A stretch of 64,000 nt of DNA. Origin: an uncultured Gaiellaceae bacterium. Its GTDB lineage: Bacteria; Actinomycetota; Thermoleophilia; Gaiellales; Gaiellaceae. The number at the start of each line of letters is the position of its first letter. Within the stretch, counting starts at the first letter, position 1. Below are positions 18,318 to 28,719 of the stretch, one piece after another. The notes under the pieces are model-generated. The model had not been told where the DNA came from, made no database searches, and worked only from the letters and a program-made list of their open reading frames with translations. The stretch spans positions 190,603-254,602 of the forward strand of contig CAVQJO010000013.1 in NCBI GenBank assembly GCA_963712865.1, read 5' to 3'. The position numbers and the translations under genes are program-made.

Positions 18318-19227
18318 GTGCTGCTCGACCGCGCGATCGTCTCTGTCCTCCCGGCCGTGCCGCGCCCGCTCGTGCAGCGGCTCTCGGCGCGGTACATCGC
18401 CGGGCCGACGCTCGCGGACGCCCGTCACGTCGTCTCCGAGCTGAACGCCGCACGGGAAGCTCGCCACCGTCGACGTCCTCGGCGAGGAGATCACGCAGGC
18501 CTCCGAGACCGAGGCGATCGCCGACGAGTACGTGGCCGCGCTCGACGCGTTCGAGCGCGAACGGGCTCGACGCGAACGTGAGCGTCAAGCCGACCGCGCT
18601 CGGGCTCAAGCTCGACTACGACCTCTGCAAGGCGAACGTCGAGCGCGTGATCGCGGCGGCCGAGCCGACGAACCGCTTCGTCCGCATCGACATGGAGGAC
18701 GCGTCGACGACGGACGACACGCTGCGCCTCTTCCGCGAGCTGCGCGACGAGGGTCACCCCCGCGTCGGGCCGGTGCTCCAGGCGTCGCTGAAGCGGACGG
18801 TGGACGACGCCGCCGTCGCTCGCCGGCGCGAGCGTGCGCCTGTGCAAGGGCATCTACATCGAGTCCGAGGAGATCCAGTTCCAGGACGACGAGTCCGTGC
18901 GCGTGAGCTTCGTCAACTCGCTCGAGGCGCTCCTCGACGGCGGCTGCTACGCGGCGGTCGCGACCCACGACGACTGGCTCGTCGAGCAGGCGCTGCGGCT
19001 CATCCACGAGCGGACTCTCGCCCGCGACGGCTACGAGTTCCAGATGCTCCTCGGCGTGCGGCCCGAGCTCGGCGACCGGCTCGTGCGCGAGGGCCATCGC
19101 CTCCGGATCTACGTGCCCGTACGGCCGGAAGTGGTACGAGTACTCGCTGCGGCGGCTGCAGGAGAACCCGAAGGTGGCCGGCTACATCGCCACCGACACG
19201 ATCAACCGCTTCATTCCGGGACGCTGA
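18318..19227 (+). CDS. Monofunctional proline dehydrogenase, four apparent frameshifts
   Basis: KLATVDVLGEE, VSVKPTALGL, RIDMEDASTT, QASLKRT, VRLCKGIYIE, YEFQMLLGVRPEL, then YVPYGRKWYEYSLRRLQENPKVAGYI after the last junction. Single extra bases near 18466, 18570, 18825 and 19125. Confidence 0.75.
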
Positions 19228-20518
19228 GCTGAGGGAGCTCCTCGAGGCGCGGCGCGTGGCGGATCGCCGGCGTGACCGTGGCGGCGAGCGCGACGACGGC
19301 TCCGGACGCGGCGAGCACGATGATCGACGCCCGGCCGCCGAGCGCCTCGGCGAGCAGGCCGCCGACGAGGGCGCCGACCGGGATCGTCGACCACGCGATC
19401 AGCCGGCCCGCGCTCTGCACGCGGCCGAGCAACCGGTCGGGGACGAGCGCGTAGCGGTAGCTCGCGAGGACGACGTTCCACCAGATGAGCGGGAAGCTGG
19501 CGAGCGCGATCACGACGCCGATCGCGAGCGGCTCGCGGACGAGCGCGAGCACGCCGGCGCCTGCCGCCCACAGCCAGAGCGACCCGATCACGATGTGGCG
19601 CGAGTCGACGCGCCGGACGACGCTCGGCGCCAGCGCAGAGCCGAGCAGCGAGCCGGCGCCGTAGAACCCGAGCATCAGCCCGACGACGGCGGCCGACGCG
19701 CCGAGCTCCTGCGCCCGCACGATCAGGACGAGGAAGAGCGCGTTCCCGACGAGGTTCGAGCCGGCGACGAGAAAGACGCACGCCCGGAGGAACGCCTGAC
19801 GCCACAGCCAGGCGATGCCCTCCGCGATGTCGGCCCGCATCGACGTCCCCGGGCGCTCCCTCGCCTCCTGCAGCGGGCGTCGGATGAGCAGGAGCGCGAA
19901 GAAGGAGACCGCGTACGAGATCACGTCGACGACGAACGGCGCCATGCGGCTCGCCGCGAAGAGCACCCCGCCGAGCGGCTGCCCCGCGACGTCGGCGCCC
20001 TGCACGCGCGCCTGGTGCAGCGCGATCGCCGTCGGGAGCTGCTCGCGCTCCACGATCTGCGGGATCGACGACGACTCCGCGAAGTCGAAGAGGATGAAGA
20101 ACGAGCCCTCGACGAAGGCGACCGCCGCGAGCTGCCAGACCGTGAGCGCGTCGAACGCGTACGCGATCGGGATCGTCGCGAGCGCGACGGCGCGGGCGGC
20201 GTCGCTGATCAGCATCAGCCGCTTCCTGTCGACGCGGTCGACGAGGGCGCCCGCGGGCAGGCCCAGGAGCACGAACGGGATCGACTGCGCGAAGCCGACG
20301 AGGCCCGCCTGCGCCGGCGAGCCAGTCAGCGCGAGGACGAGCAACGGGAACGCGACCGAGCTGATTCGCGAGCCGACGGTCGAGACGAGCTGGCCCGCGA
20401 CGAGCGCGACGAAGTCGCGGTTGCGGCGAAGCGGTGTCGGCGGCGGGGCTACGGAGGCGGCGGGCCGGGGGCGACGTCGTCTTCCTCGACGACCGTGCGT
20501 CGCACGGCGGCGCGGCAC
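19211..20518 (-). CDS. MFS transporter (EntS-like subfamily); start uncertain
   Basis: Intact 435-aa ORF. LRRNRDFVALVAGQLVSTVG and LPAGALVDRVDRKRLM motifs. The nearest in-frame start (GTG 20518) overlaps the upstream small gene. Confidence 0.8.
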   Translation of the reverse strand: MPRRRATHGRRGRRRRPRPAASVAPPPTPLRRNRDFVALVAGQLVSTVGSRISSVAFPLLVLALTGSPAQAGLVGFAQSIPFVLLGLPAGALVDRVDRKRLMLISDAARAVALATIPIAYAFDALTVWQLAAVAFVEGSFFILFDFAESSSIPQIVEREQLPTAIALHQARVQGADVAGQPLGGVLFAASRMAPFVVDVISYAVSFFALLLIRRPLQEARERPGTSMRADIAEGIAWLWRQAFLRACVFLVAGSNLVGNALFLVLIVRAQELGASAAVVGLMLGFYGAGSLLGSALAPSVVRRVDSRHIVIGSLWLWAAGAGVLALVREPLAIGVVIALASFPLIWWNVVLASYRYALVPDRLLGRVQSAGRLIAWSTIPVGALVGGLLAEALGGRASIIVLAASGAVVALAATVTPAIRHAPRLEELPQLSVPE

Positions 20519-20738
20519 GGCCTCGCGGACGACCGGAGCGCCCTCGACGTAGGTCGCGCGCCCGCGGAAGCCGCCCCAGCTCGACCAGAAGATGAACGAG
20601 AGGACGAGCCCGAGCAGGCCCGACGATCAGCAGGATGACGCCGATCGCGGTGATGTCGATCCCCTCGGCCTCGGCGGTCACGCCCCACGTGAGGATCGCG
20701 CCGACGGCGATGAGGAGGATGCTGACGGAGATGCCCAT
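20449..20738 (-). CDS. Small two-helix membrane protein, two apparent frameshifts
   Basis: MGISVSILLIAVGAILTWGVTAEAEGIDITAIGVILLIVG, extra base near 20617, LLGLVLSFIFWSSWGGFRGRATYVEG..., junction near 20510, RRTVVEEDDVAPGPPPP. Stop at 20451-20449. Confidence 0.5.
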
Positions 20739-20768
20739 CGCCTGCGTTCTCCCCGCCTCGCTCGCTTC

Positions 20769-21403
20769 CTAAGCCTTCTCGGCGGCGAGCACGAGGTGCC
20801 CGGGGATGCGCTCGTCCCGTCCCGGCCACTCCTCGAGCCCGCGCAGCGCGAGGCCCGCGTCGAGGACCGCCTGCACGAGGGCGCCGAGGCCCAGCGTGCC
20901 GAAGTAGTCGTCGCGCCACCGGTCGAACGCGTCGAGGCAGTCCGCGGCGGGGTGCCGGTCGTGGAGGAGGAGCACGCCGCCCGGCCGGAGCGCCGCGGCG
21001 ACGCCGGTCGCCCAGCCGTCGGGCGTGCGCGAGCCGCTCGAGGCAGCCGGCGCCCAGGTAGACGAGATCCCAGTGGCCGAGCAGGAGCTCCGGCGGCAGC
21101 GCGTGCGGGTCCGCGTGCACCCACGGCACCTCCGGCGCCCGCTGCCGTGCGCGGTCGAGCGCGGCCGTCGTCCTCGTCGACGCCCGTCACGAGGGCGCCG
21201 AGCGCGCTCAGCTCGACGGTCTCGCGGCCGGAGCCGCAGAGGAGGTGCAGGACGCGGCTGCCGCCGAGCCCGGCGAGCCGCTCGCGGATCTCCGCCGGCA
21301 TCCCGGGCGTGGCGAGCACGTTCTCGGACGAGCGGTGGGCCTCGTCGAACGCGCGGCGGTTGTGGTCGGTGGGCTCCACGACGGCGAGACGTACGATAGG
21401 CAG

Positions 21404-21412
<9 letters not shown>
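20769..21412 (-). CDS. Class I SAM-dependent methyltransferase, two apparent frameshifts
   Basis: VLHLLCGSGRETVELSALGALVTGVD (motif I), ...PWVHADPHALPPELLLGHWDLVYLGAGCL..., PDGWATGVAAALRPGGVLLLHD. Junctions near 21178 and 21027. Confidence 0.65.
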
Positions 21413-22331
<919 letters not shown>

Positions 22332-22335
<4 letters not shown>

Positions 22336-22610
22336 GAGCGGGGCGGCAGCGGCTCGTACGCCGGCGCCGCGCTCGGGACGGTCTCCCATCCGATGCGCGA
22401 GCGCGGCTCCTTCGGGCCGTCCTCGGCCTTCGACGAGGCATGGCCGAGCCGGTCGAGCAGCTCCATCTTCTCCTCGCCGTAGCGGCGCACCTCGTCGTCG
22501 GCGGGCAGATCCTCGATCAGCTCGCGCAGCCGCGCCCGGAGCTGGTACGCGAAGTGCGGCGTCGCCGGCCCGACGAGGGCGTCGATGTCGCGGATCGTCG
22601 GCTGGGCCAT
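22332..22610 (-). CDS. Hypothetical 92-aa protein
   Basis: Intact. ATG 22610. ATGA overlap with the fabL-like start suggests translational coupling. Confidence 0.55.
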
Positions 22611-22652
22611 GGCCACGAACCCTAGAGGACGACCCGTCAGTAGTGTCGCTCG

Positions 22653-23541
22653 GTGCGGCCGGTGCATCTCGCCCTGCTCGTGACGATCGTCCTGTGGGCG
22701 CTGAACCTGACGATCTCGCGCTACATCCTCACGCACGGGCTCGACCCGCTCGCCTACGCCACGGTGCGCTACGGGCTCGCCGCGGTGATCTTCATCGGGA
22801 TCGTCGTCGTCGCGGAGCGGACGTTCGGCGTCGCCCGCCGCGACGCCGGTCTCGTCGGCGTCGCCGCCCTCCTCATCTTCGTGAACCAGCTCGCGTTCGT
22901 GTACGCCCTCGACACCACGAGCGCCTCCACGATCGCGCTCCTGCTCGGCGCCACGCCGGCGTTCGCCGCCCTGATCGGCCTCGCGCTCGGGCTCGAACGG
23001 ATGTCGCGCCGCTTCTGGCTCGCGTCGCTGGTCTCGTTCCTCGGCGTCGGGCTCGTCGCCGTCGGCGCGGGCGGACAGGTCGACGGCGGCCTGACGGGCG
23101 TCCTCCTCGGCGTCACCACCGCGGCGACCTGGGCCGGCTACTCCGTCGCCGTGGCGCCGCTCATGCAGCGCTACTCGGCCTCGCGGGTGAGCGCGCTCGT
23201 CATCGCGATCGCCTGGGTCGGCCTCGCCGCGGCCGGCGCGCCGCAGACCGCCGAGCAGGACTTCGCGCTCGGCTGGGAGGTCTGGTCGCTCGTCCTGCTC
23301 GCGACGCTCGGGCCGCTCGTCCTGACGACGATCCTCTGGTTCCGGGCGCTCGGCGAGATCGGCGCCTCGCGTGCCACCCTGATCGCGAACCTGCAGCCGT
23401 TCGTCGCCGCCGTCTTCGCGGTGGTGCTCCTCTCGGAGGAGATGTCGGCGACGCAGGTCGCTCGGCGGCGTCCTGATCGGCGGCGGCATCCTGATCGCCC
23501 GCAGGCCCGCGCCCCGAACGGTGCCGCCGACCGCCGAGTAA
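22653..23541 (+). CDS. EamA/DMT-family transporter, one apparent frameshift
   Basis: Ten-helix profile. An extra base near 23458 (CAGGTC-G-CTCGGC) restores LGGVLIGGGILIARRPAPRTVPPTAE and stop TAA 23539-23541. Confidence 0.75.
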
Positions 23542-23551
23542 CATCAGGCGG

Positions 23552-24652
23552 ATGTCCGAGCGCGACTTCATGCCCCTCGACGGCTGGGACCATCTCGAGC
23601 TCTGGGTCGGCAACGCGAAGCAGTCCGCGTACTGGTACGAGCACGCGCTCGGCTTCACTCGCACCGCCTATGCGGGGCCCGAGACCGGCGTTCGCGACCG
23701 CGCCTCCTACGTGCTCGAGCAGGGCGAGATCAGGCTCGTGCTCACCAGCGGGCTGCGGGGCGACGGCGAGATCGTGCGGTTTGCAGCCGCCCACGGCGAC
23801 GGGGCGAAGGACATCGCCCTCCGCGTGCCGGACGCGCGGCAGGCCTACCGCGAGGCGGTGCAGCGCGGCGCACGTGGCATCTCCGAGCCCGGCTGGGTCG
23901 AGGACGACCACGGGCGCGTCGAGCTCGCCACGATCGCGACCTACGGCGACGTCGTGCACACGTTCGTGAACCGGGCCGAGTACCGCGGGCCGTACCTCCC
24001 CGGCTACGTCTCGCTGACGCCGAACGGCGCCACGCGGGACGGCGTCGGCCTCGTCGCGATCGACCACGTCGTCGGCAACGTCGAGCTCGGCCGCATGAAC
24101 CACTGGGTCGACTACTACGAGCGCGTCTTCGGGATGCGGAACATCGTCCACTTCGGCGACGACCAGATCCAGACCGAGTACTCGGCCCTGATGTCGAAGG
24201 TGATGGCGGACGGGTCGGGCAAGATCAAGTTCCCGATCAACGAGCCCGCCGAGGGGAAGCGCAAGAGCCAGATCGAGGAGTACCTCGAGTTCAACGGCTC
24301 CCCGGGCGTGCAGCACATCGCGCTGCAGACCACCGACATCGTCCGCACGATCGAGACCCTGAAGGGCCGGGGCGTGCTCTTCCTGGACACGCCCGAGGCG
24401 TACTACGACGACGTCGAGGGACGGGTCGGCGAGATCGAGGAGGACTACTCCGACCTGCAGCGGCTGCGCATCCTCGCCGACCGCGACGACGACGGCTACC
24501 TGCTGCAGATCTTCACCAAGACGGCGCAGGACCGGCCGACGCTCTTCTTCGAGGTGATCGAGCGCCACGGCGCGACGACGTTCGGCGAGGGCAACTTCAA
24601 GGCGCTCTTCGAGTCGATCGAGCGCGAGCAGGCGCTACGAGGGAACCTCTAG
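23552..24652 (+). CDS. hppD: 4-hydroxyphenylpyruvate dioxygenase
   Basis: Intact 366 aa. DHLELWVGNAKQSAYWY, IDHVVGNVELGRMNHWV, INEPAEGKRKSQIEEYLEFNGSPGVQHIAL, LLQIFTK, FFEVIERHG...FGEGNFKALFESIE. Confidence 0.9.
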   Translation: MSERDFMPLDGWDHLELWVGNAKQSAYWYEHALGFTRTAYAGPETGVRDRASYVLEQGEIRLVLTSGLRGDGEIVRFAAAHGDGAKDIALRVPDARQAYREAVQRGARGISEPGWVEDDHGRVELATIATYGDVVHTFVNRAEYRGPYLPGYVSLTPNGATRDGVGLVAIDHVVGNVELGRMNHWVDYYERVFGMRNIVHFGDDQIQTEYSALMSKVMADGSGKIKFPINEPAEGKRKSQIEEYLEFNGSPGVQHIALQTTDIVRTIETLKGRGVLFLDTPEAYYDDVEGRVGEIEEDYSDLQRLRILADRDDDGYLLQIFTKTAQDRPTLFFEVIERHGATTFGEGNFKALFESIEREQALRGNL

Positions 24653-24690
24653 CAACGTTTGCGGATCGGGCGACGGGAGAGACAGTCGCC

Positions 24691-24819
24691 ATGGGCGTAG
24701 GCGCCATTCTCGCGGTGATCGGCATCGTGCTCGCCGTCACGGGCCGCTGGGTGATCGGGCTGATCCTGCTCGTCATCGGGCTCCTGTTCGGCGGCTTCCG
24801 GCGCGGCAGCTGGTACTGA
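24691..24819 (+). CDS. Possible 42-aa membrane peptide (below the ORF-track size cutoff)
   Basis: ATG 24691 preceded by GGGAGAG. MGVGAILAVIGIVLAVTGRWVIGLILLVIGLLFGGFRRGSWY. Stop TGA 24817-24819. Confidence 0.4.
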   Translation: MGVGAILAVIGIVLAVTGRWVIGLILLVIGLLFGGFRRGSWY

Positions 24820-24909
24820 CGCCCGCGAGCTGCGGGACGCGTCCGCGCTGCCGCTGACAGAGCGCCGGACGCCCTCGTCCGGGCCCCGAACGCCTCTAAC
24901 CTCCCGCGC

Positions 24910-26250
24910 ATGAGCCCGCAGCGGCGAACTGCGCTCGTCTCGGTCGCCGCGGCGGCGGTGCTCCTCGTCCTCAAGCTGGCGACCGGGCTCGCGAGCGGCA
25001 GCCTCGGGCTGGTCTCCGAGGCGCTCCACTCCGGGACAGACCTCGTCGCGGCGCTGCTGACGTTCTTCGCTCTCGGCGTCGCCGGCCGCCCGGCGGACGA
25101 GGGCCACCAGTACGGGCACGGCAAGGCCGAGCACCTCGCGGCGCTCGCGGAGGCGGCGGTGCTCGCGGTCGTCAGCGTCGCGGTGGCCGGCGTTCGCGGT
25201 CGCCCGCCTCACCGGCGCGATCGAGACCGAGGTCGAGACCGCGTGGTGGACGTTCGCGGTCGTCGGGCTCGTGATCGCGATCGACGTGACGCGGACTCTC
25301 GTCTCCTACCGGGCGGCACGGCGGTACCACAGCGAGGCCCTGCTCTCGAACGCGCTCCACTTCGGCAGCGACCTGGCCGGCACGCTCGCCGTGCTCGCCG
25401 GGCTCGATCGCCGCCGCGAGCGGGCTTCCCCGCAGGGGACTCGTTCGCCGCGCTGTTCGTCGCCGGCGCTCGTCGTGCTCGCCGCGGGCCGCCTGATCAG
25501 GCGGAACGTCGACGTGCTCATGGATCAGGCGCCCGCCGATGCCGAGGAGGCCGCGCGTCAGGCGATCGCGCGTCCGTGCCGGCCGTCGAGCTCTCGCGCC
25601 TTCGCCTCCGCCAGGCGGGCGGGCGGACGTTCGCGGACGTCGTGATCGAGGTCTCGCCGGCGGACGCCGTCGCCCAGGGGCACGCCCTCGCAGACCGGGT
25701 CGAGGACGCGGTCGAGCGGGTGCTGCCCGGGAGCGACGTCGTCGTGCACGTCGAGCCGCGCGTCGGGGAGGCCGCGCTGCGGGAGCGTGCCCACGCCGCC
25801 GCTCTCTCCGTGCCGCGCGTGCGGGAGATCCACAACCTCGCCCTCGTCACCGTCGACGGCGCGGTCGAGCTTTCGCTGCATCTGAAGCTTCCGGGAGAGC
25901 TCCCGCTCGAGGAGGCGCACGACATCGCCGAGCAGGTCGAGGCGGCGATCCGGGCGGAGGTGCCCGAGGTCGGCTCGGTGCAGACGCATCTCGAGCCGCT
26001 CTCGGAGCCGAGCCTCGCCGTCGAGCTGGCGCCGGGCGACGTGGCGTCGATCGTGCGGGGCGTCGTCGGTGCGCCGCCGCGTGAGGTGCGCGTGCTGCGG
26101 ACGGCCGACGGCCTCGTCGCGTTCGTCACGCTCGGATTCGATCCGGAGAGCACGCTCGCCGCCGCGCACGCGCGGGCAAGCGAGGTGGAGGACCGCCTGC
26201 GCGCCGAGCACCCGGAGATCGCGGACGTGATCGTCCACACCGAGCCGTAG
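24910..26250 (+). CDS. Cation diffusion facilitator (CDF) transporter with three tandem C-terminal cytoplasmic-domain repeats, four apparent frameshifts
   Basis: SEALHSGTDLVAAL, HQYGHGKAEHLAAL, NALHFGSDLAGTLAVL. Junctions near 25190, 25410, 25465 and 25565. The C-terminus contains three similar modules ending VVVHVEP, VQTHLEP and VIVHTEP. Confidence 0.75.
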   Translation: MSPQRRTALVSVAAAAVLLVLKLATGLASGSLGLVSEALHSGTDLVAALLTFFALGVAGRPADEGHQYGHGKAEHLAALAEAAVLAVVSVAVAGVRGRPPHRRDRDRGRDRVVDVRGRRARDRDRRDADSRLLPGGTAVPQRGPALERAPLRQRPGRHARRARRARSPPRAGFPAGDSFAALFVAGARRARRGPPDQAERRRAHGSGARRCRGGRASGDRASVPAVELSRLRLRQAGGRTFADVVIEVSPADAVAQGHALADRVEDAVERVLPGSDVVVHVEPRVGEAALRERAHAAALSVPRVREIHNLALVTVDGAVELSLHLKLPGELPLEEAHDIAEQVEAAIRAEVPEVGSVQTHLEPLSEPSLAVELAPGDVASIVRGVVGAPPREVRVLRTADGLVAFVTLGFDPESTLAAAHARASEVEDRLRAEHPEIADVIVHTEP

Positions 26251-26251
26251 C

Positions 26252-26658
26252 TCAGTCGAGCCAGTTCTCGAGCCGGAGCTCGGGGACGCGTTCGAAGTGC
26301 CGCGTGTTGCCGGTGACGAGGGTCGCGTCACGCGAGAGGGCGATCGCGGCGATGCGGAGATCCGGCTCGGCGAGCGGCGTGCCCGGCGTGCTCGAGCGAC
26401 GCCTTCAGCTTCGGCAAAGCAGCGCGCCGCGGGCTCATCGAACGGCAGCACGTCGTGTGCGGACGAGACGATCTCCGTCGATCCGGTCGGCGAGCGGCTC
26501 GGAGCCGATCCGCGCCGCGCCGTAGAGCAGCTCCGCGAGCGTGATCGCGGTCGTGCACTGCTCGGCGGGGTCGGTGCGTGCAAGCCGCGCGTACGAGTTC
26601 GAGCGGAGGGAGCGGGACGCAGGAGCGCGCTGAGCACGTCGGTGTCGAAGCAGTACAT
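26252..26658 (-). CDS. vapC: PIN-domain toxin VapC, about five apparent frameshifts
   Basis: MYCFDTDVLSALLRP..., RTDPAEQCTTAITLAELLYGAARIGSEPLADRIDG, EIVSSAHDVLPFDEPAARCFAE, TPLAEPDLRIAAIALSRDATLVTGNTRHFERVPELRLENWLD. The pieces cycle through all three frames. The 407-nt span becomes 402 nt if five bases are removed. Confidence 0.7.
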
Positions 26659-26662
26659 CGCG

Positions 26663-26941
26663 TCAGGTCGAGGCGCGGCGGTGGGCGGTCGAGCTCCACA
26701 GCACGGCTCGCGACGACCTCGGCCATCACGTCGTCGAACTGCGGGCCACTCGGCGAGCGCACCGACGAAAGCGGCCAGGCCGACATGCGGCCCGGATGCC
26801 GAACGCGCCGACTCAGGGGGAACGAGCCCGAGGACAGGTCGGCCTCGCCGAGCAACGACGAACCGCTCTCCGGCACCGACGCGCTCGATGAGCTCGGAGA
26901 AGCGGCGCTTGGCGTCGGCCACGCTTCAGCACTTCGGTCAT
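26663..26941 (-). CDS. vapB: Phd/YefM-like (or VapB) antitoxin, about two apparent frameshifts
   Basis: ATG 26941. VADAKRRFSELIERVGAGERFVVARRGRPVLGLVPPE, then FDDVMAEVVASRAVELDRPPP. Ends a few nt before the vapC ATG. Confidence 0.6.
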
Positions 26942-26942
26942 G

Positions 26943-26986
26943 ATGACATTCTAGGGACGAGATGTCATGTTGTCCTAATCGGACAA
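26943..26986. promoter_or_regulatory. AT-richer vapBC upstream region with two inverted repeats (operator candidates)
   Basis: ATGACAT (26943-49) pairs with ATGTCAT (26962-68). TTGTCC (26970-75) pairs with GGACAA (26981-86). Lies immediately 5' of the antitoxin start. Confidence 0.35.
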
Positions 26987-27988
26987 CGGACGAACCGCGC
27001 TCAGCACGGCGTCCCACGCGAGCTCCGAGGCGACGATGCCGAGGCCGATGCTCTCCAGCTGCGTGCTCTCGACCTCGTTCGTCGTCACCGCGTAGAGGAC
27101 GTCGCCGTCGACGAGCGCGTGGAAGGGGTGGATCGCGCGCGCCATCGAGGCGTGCACCTGGCGGGCGAGCGTCGTCAGCTCGCGCTGCTCGAGCCGCTGG
27201 TTCGTGACGACGACCGTGAGCGTCGTGTTCCCCGGGAGCGGACGCACGGGCGCGCCGGTCGCGAGCCGCGCCTCGACGCCCGGAACGAGCGCGCGGCGCT
27301 CGCCGGTGACGACGTCGAGGTGGCCGCGGACGACCGTGCCGTCCCGGTCGACGATCGCGCCGACGGCGTTCAGCACGGTGAAGACCGCGATCCGAACGTC
27401 GCCGACCTGCCGGAAGGCGGCTCCCTGGCCCGCGAGCTCGCCCTCCTCGAACGCGAAGGTCTTCCCGACCGTCGCCGAGCGGCCGGCGCCGCGCGCGCCG
27501 AGCGGGAAGGCTCCCGGCCGGGCCGCACGGAGGGCGGCGCGCCCGAGCTCCTTGTCGGGATAGACGCCGTTGTCCCGCGGACCCCAGTCGAAGACGATCG
27601 CGCCGGAGACGAGCGGGATCTCCAGCCAGCCGGTCGCGTAGCCGCGCCGCGCGAAGATCTCGGCCGCGACGCCCGTCGCCGCCTCGAGCCCGTACAGCGA
27701 GCCGCCGGCGAGGCAGATCGCGTGCACCCACTCGTAGCCGCCGAGCGTGCCCGGCGAGCCGCCGCGCACGTCGGTCGCGCACGCGGCCCCGTCGGGCAGG
27801 AACGAGAAGACGGTGCAGCCGGTCGGCCCCTCGTCGTACTCGGCGCAGCCGATCTCGAGGCCCGGGAGCTCGAACTCGAGCGCAGGCCCGTCGAAGCTCG
27901 TCCGCGGCGTCAGGTCGGCCGTGTCGTTCGTCAACCGCGCCACGGCGGCGAGTCTAGACTTCGGCGCAGTGCGAGGGGTCGGCGTCAT
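26975..27988 (-). CDS. Peptidase family S58 (DmpA / P1 aminopeptidase-like)
   Basis: Intact. GPTGCTVF..., ATDVRGGSPGT, AICLAGGSLYGLEAA, GNTTLTVVVTNQRL, DGDVLYAV. ATG 27988 (GTG 27943 is an alternative that avoids overlap with the divergent gene). Confidence 0.8.
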   Translation of the reverse strand: MTPTPRTAPKSRLAAVARLTNDTADLTPRTSFDGPALEFELPGLEIGCAEYDEGPTGCTVFSFLPDGAACATDVRGGSPGTLGGYEWVHAICLAGGSLYGLEAATGVAAEIFARRGYATGWLEIPLVSGAIVFDWGPRDNGVYPDKELGRAALRAARPGAFPLGARGAGRSATVGKTFAFEEGELAGQGAAFRQVGDVRIAVFTVLNAVGAIVDRDGTVVRGHLDVVTGERRALVPGVEARLATGAPVRPLPGNTTLTVVVTNQRLEQRELTTLARQVHASMARAIHPFHALVDGDVLYAVTTNEVESTQLESIGLGIVASELAWDAVLSAVRPLSD

Positions 27989-28652
27989 CGTGCTGGCAAC
28001 ACTGGTCGCGGCGACGGCGTTCGGGGCGGCGGCCGGCTCCGGCGCGCCCGCGCAGGCGACCGTGGTCGACCGCACGCTGCTCGTGCACGACCGTCCCGAG
28101 CGGCGGCGTGCGCGAGATCGAGCGTGCGCGCGAACACGGGCTTCCGCGAGGGCGGCACGACTGGCAGATCCTCGCCTTCGCCGGCCGTCTCGACCGGAGA
28201 CGTGAGGAGCATCTTCACGTCGCTCGACGACTCGCTCGCCTGGGTCTCCGCCGGGCGGTACGACCACAACACGAACCTGACGCCCGAGCGACGGCAACCT
28301 GCTGCACGAACGCGACGCGGCTCGGGACCTGGGCGCTGAACCGGACCGCGTGCACGCCGTGCCCGGACGCGCGTGCCGCTGTCGGCAAGGGGCTGCGCGC
28401 AGCCGCGCCCGACGCGCTCGGCGTCAGCTACGACTGCGCGACACCGCGACGGGTGCTCGTCCGCGTCGCGCATCGTCGCCCACACGGCGCCGACCCGTTA
28501 CCGCGAGCAGGCATTCGAGAAGACGAAGGCGCTCGCTCCGACAGGGCTTCATCGCCGTCCGCACGCAGGCGGGCAAGCAGTTGGCCTTCGCGTCCGTCTT
28601 CGACTCGGGGCAGGCACGCCTCGCGGTCGCGCCGAGCTGCACGGAGGACTAG
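27969..28652 (+). CDS. Putative secreted protein, heavily fragmented (about four frameshifts)
   Basis: GTG 27969 VRGVGVIVLATLVAATAFGAAAGSGAPAQA signal-like N-terminus. Later pieces DVRSIFTSLDDSLAWVSAGRYDHNTNL, LGVSYDCATPRRVLVRV and GFIAVRTQAGKQLAFASVFDSGQARLAVAPSCTED lie in different frames. Confidence 0.35.
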
Positions 28653-28719
28653 GCAACAAGACTCCTCCAACGCACGTCTTACCAACCAACCTCGCGAACC
28701 GGGAGCGCTCTTGAACGGC

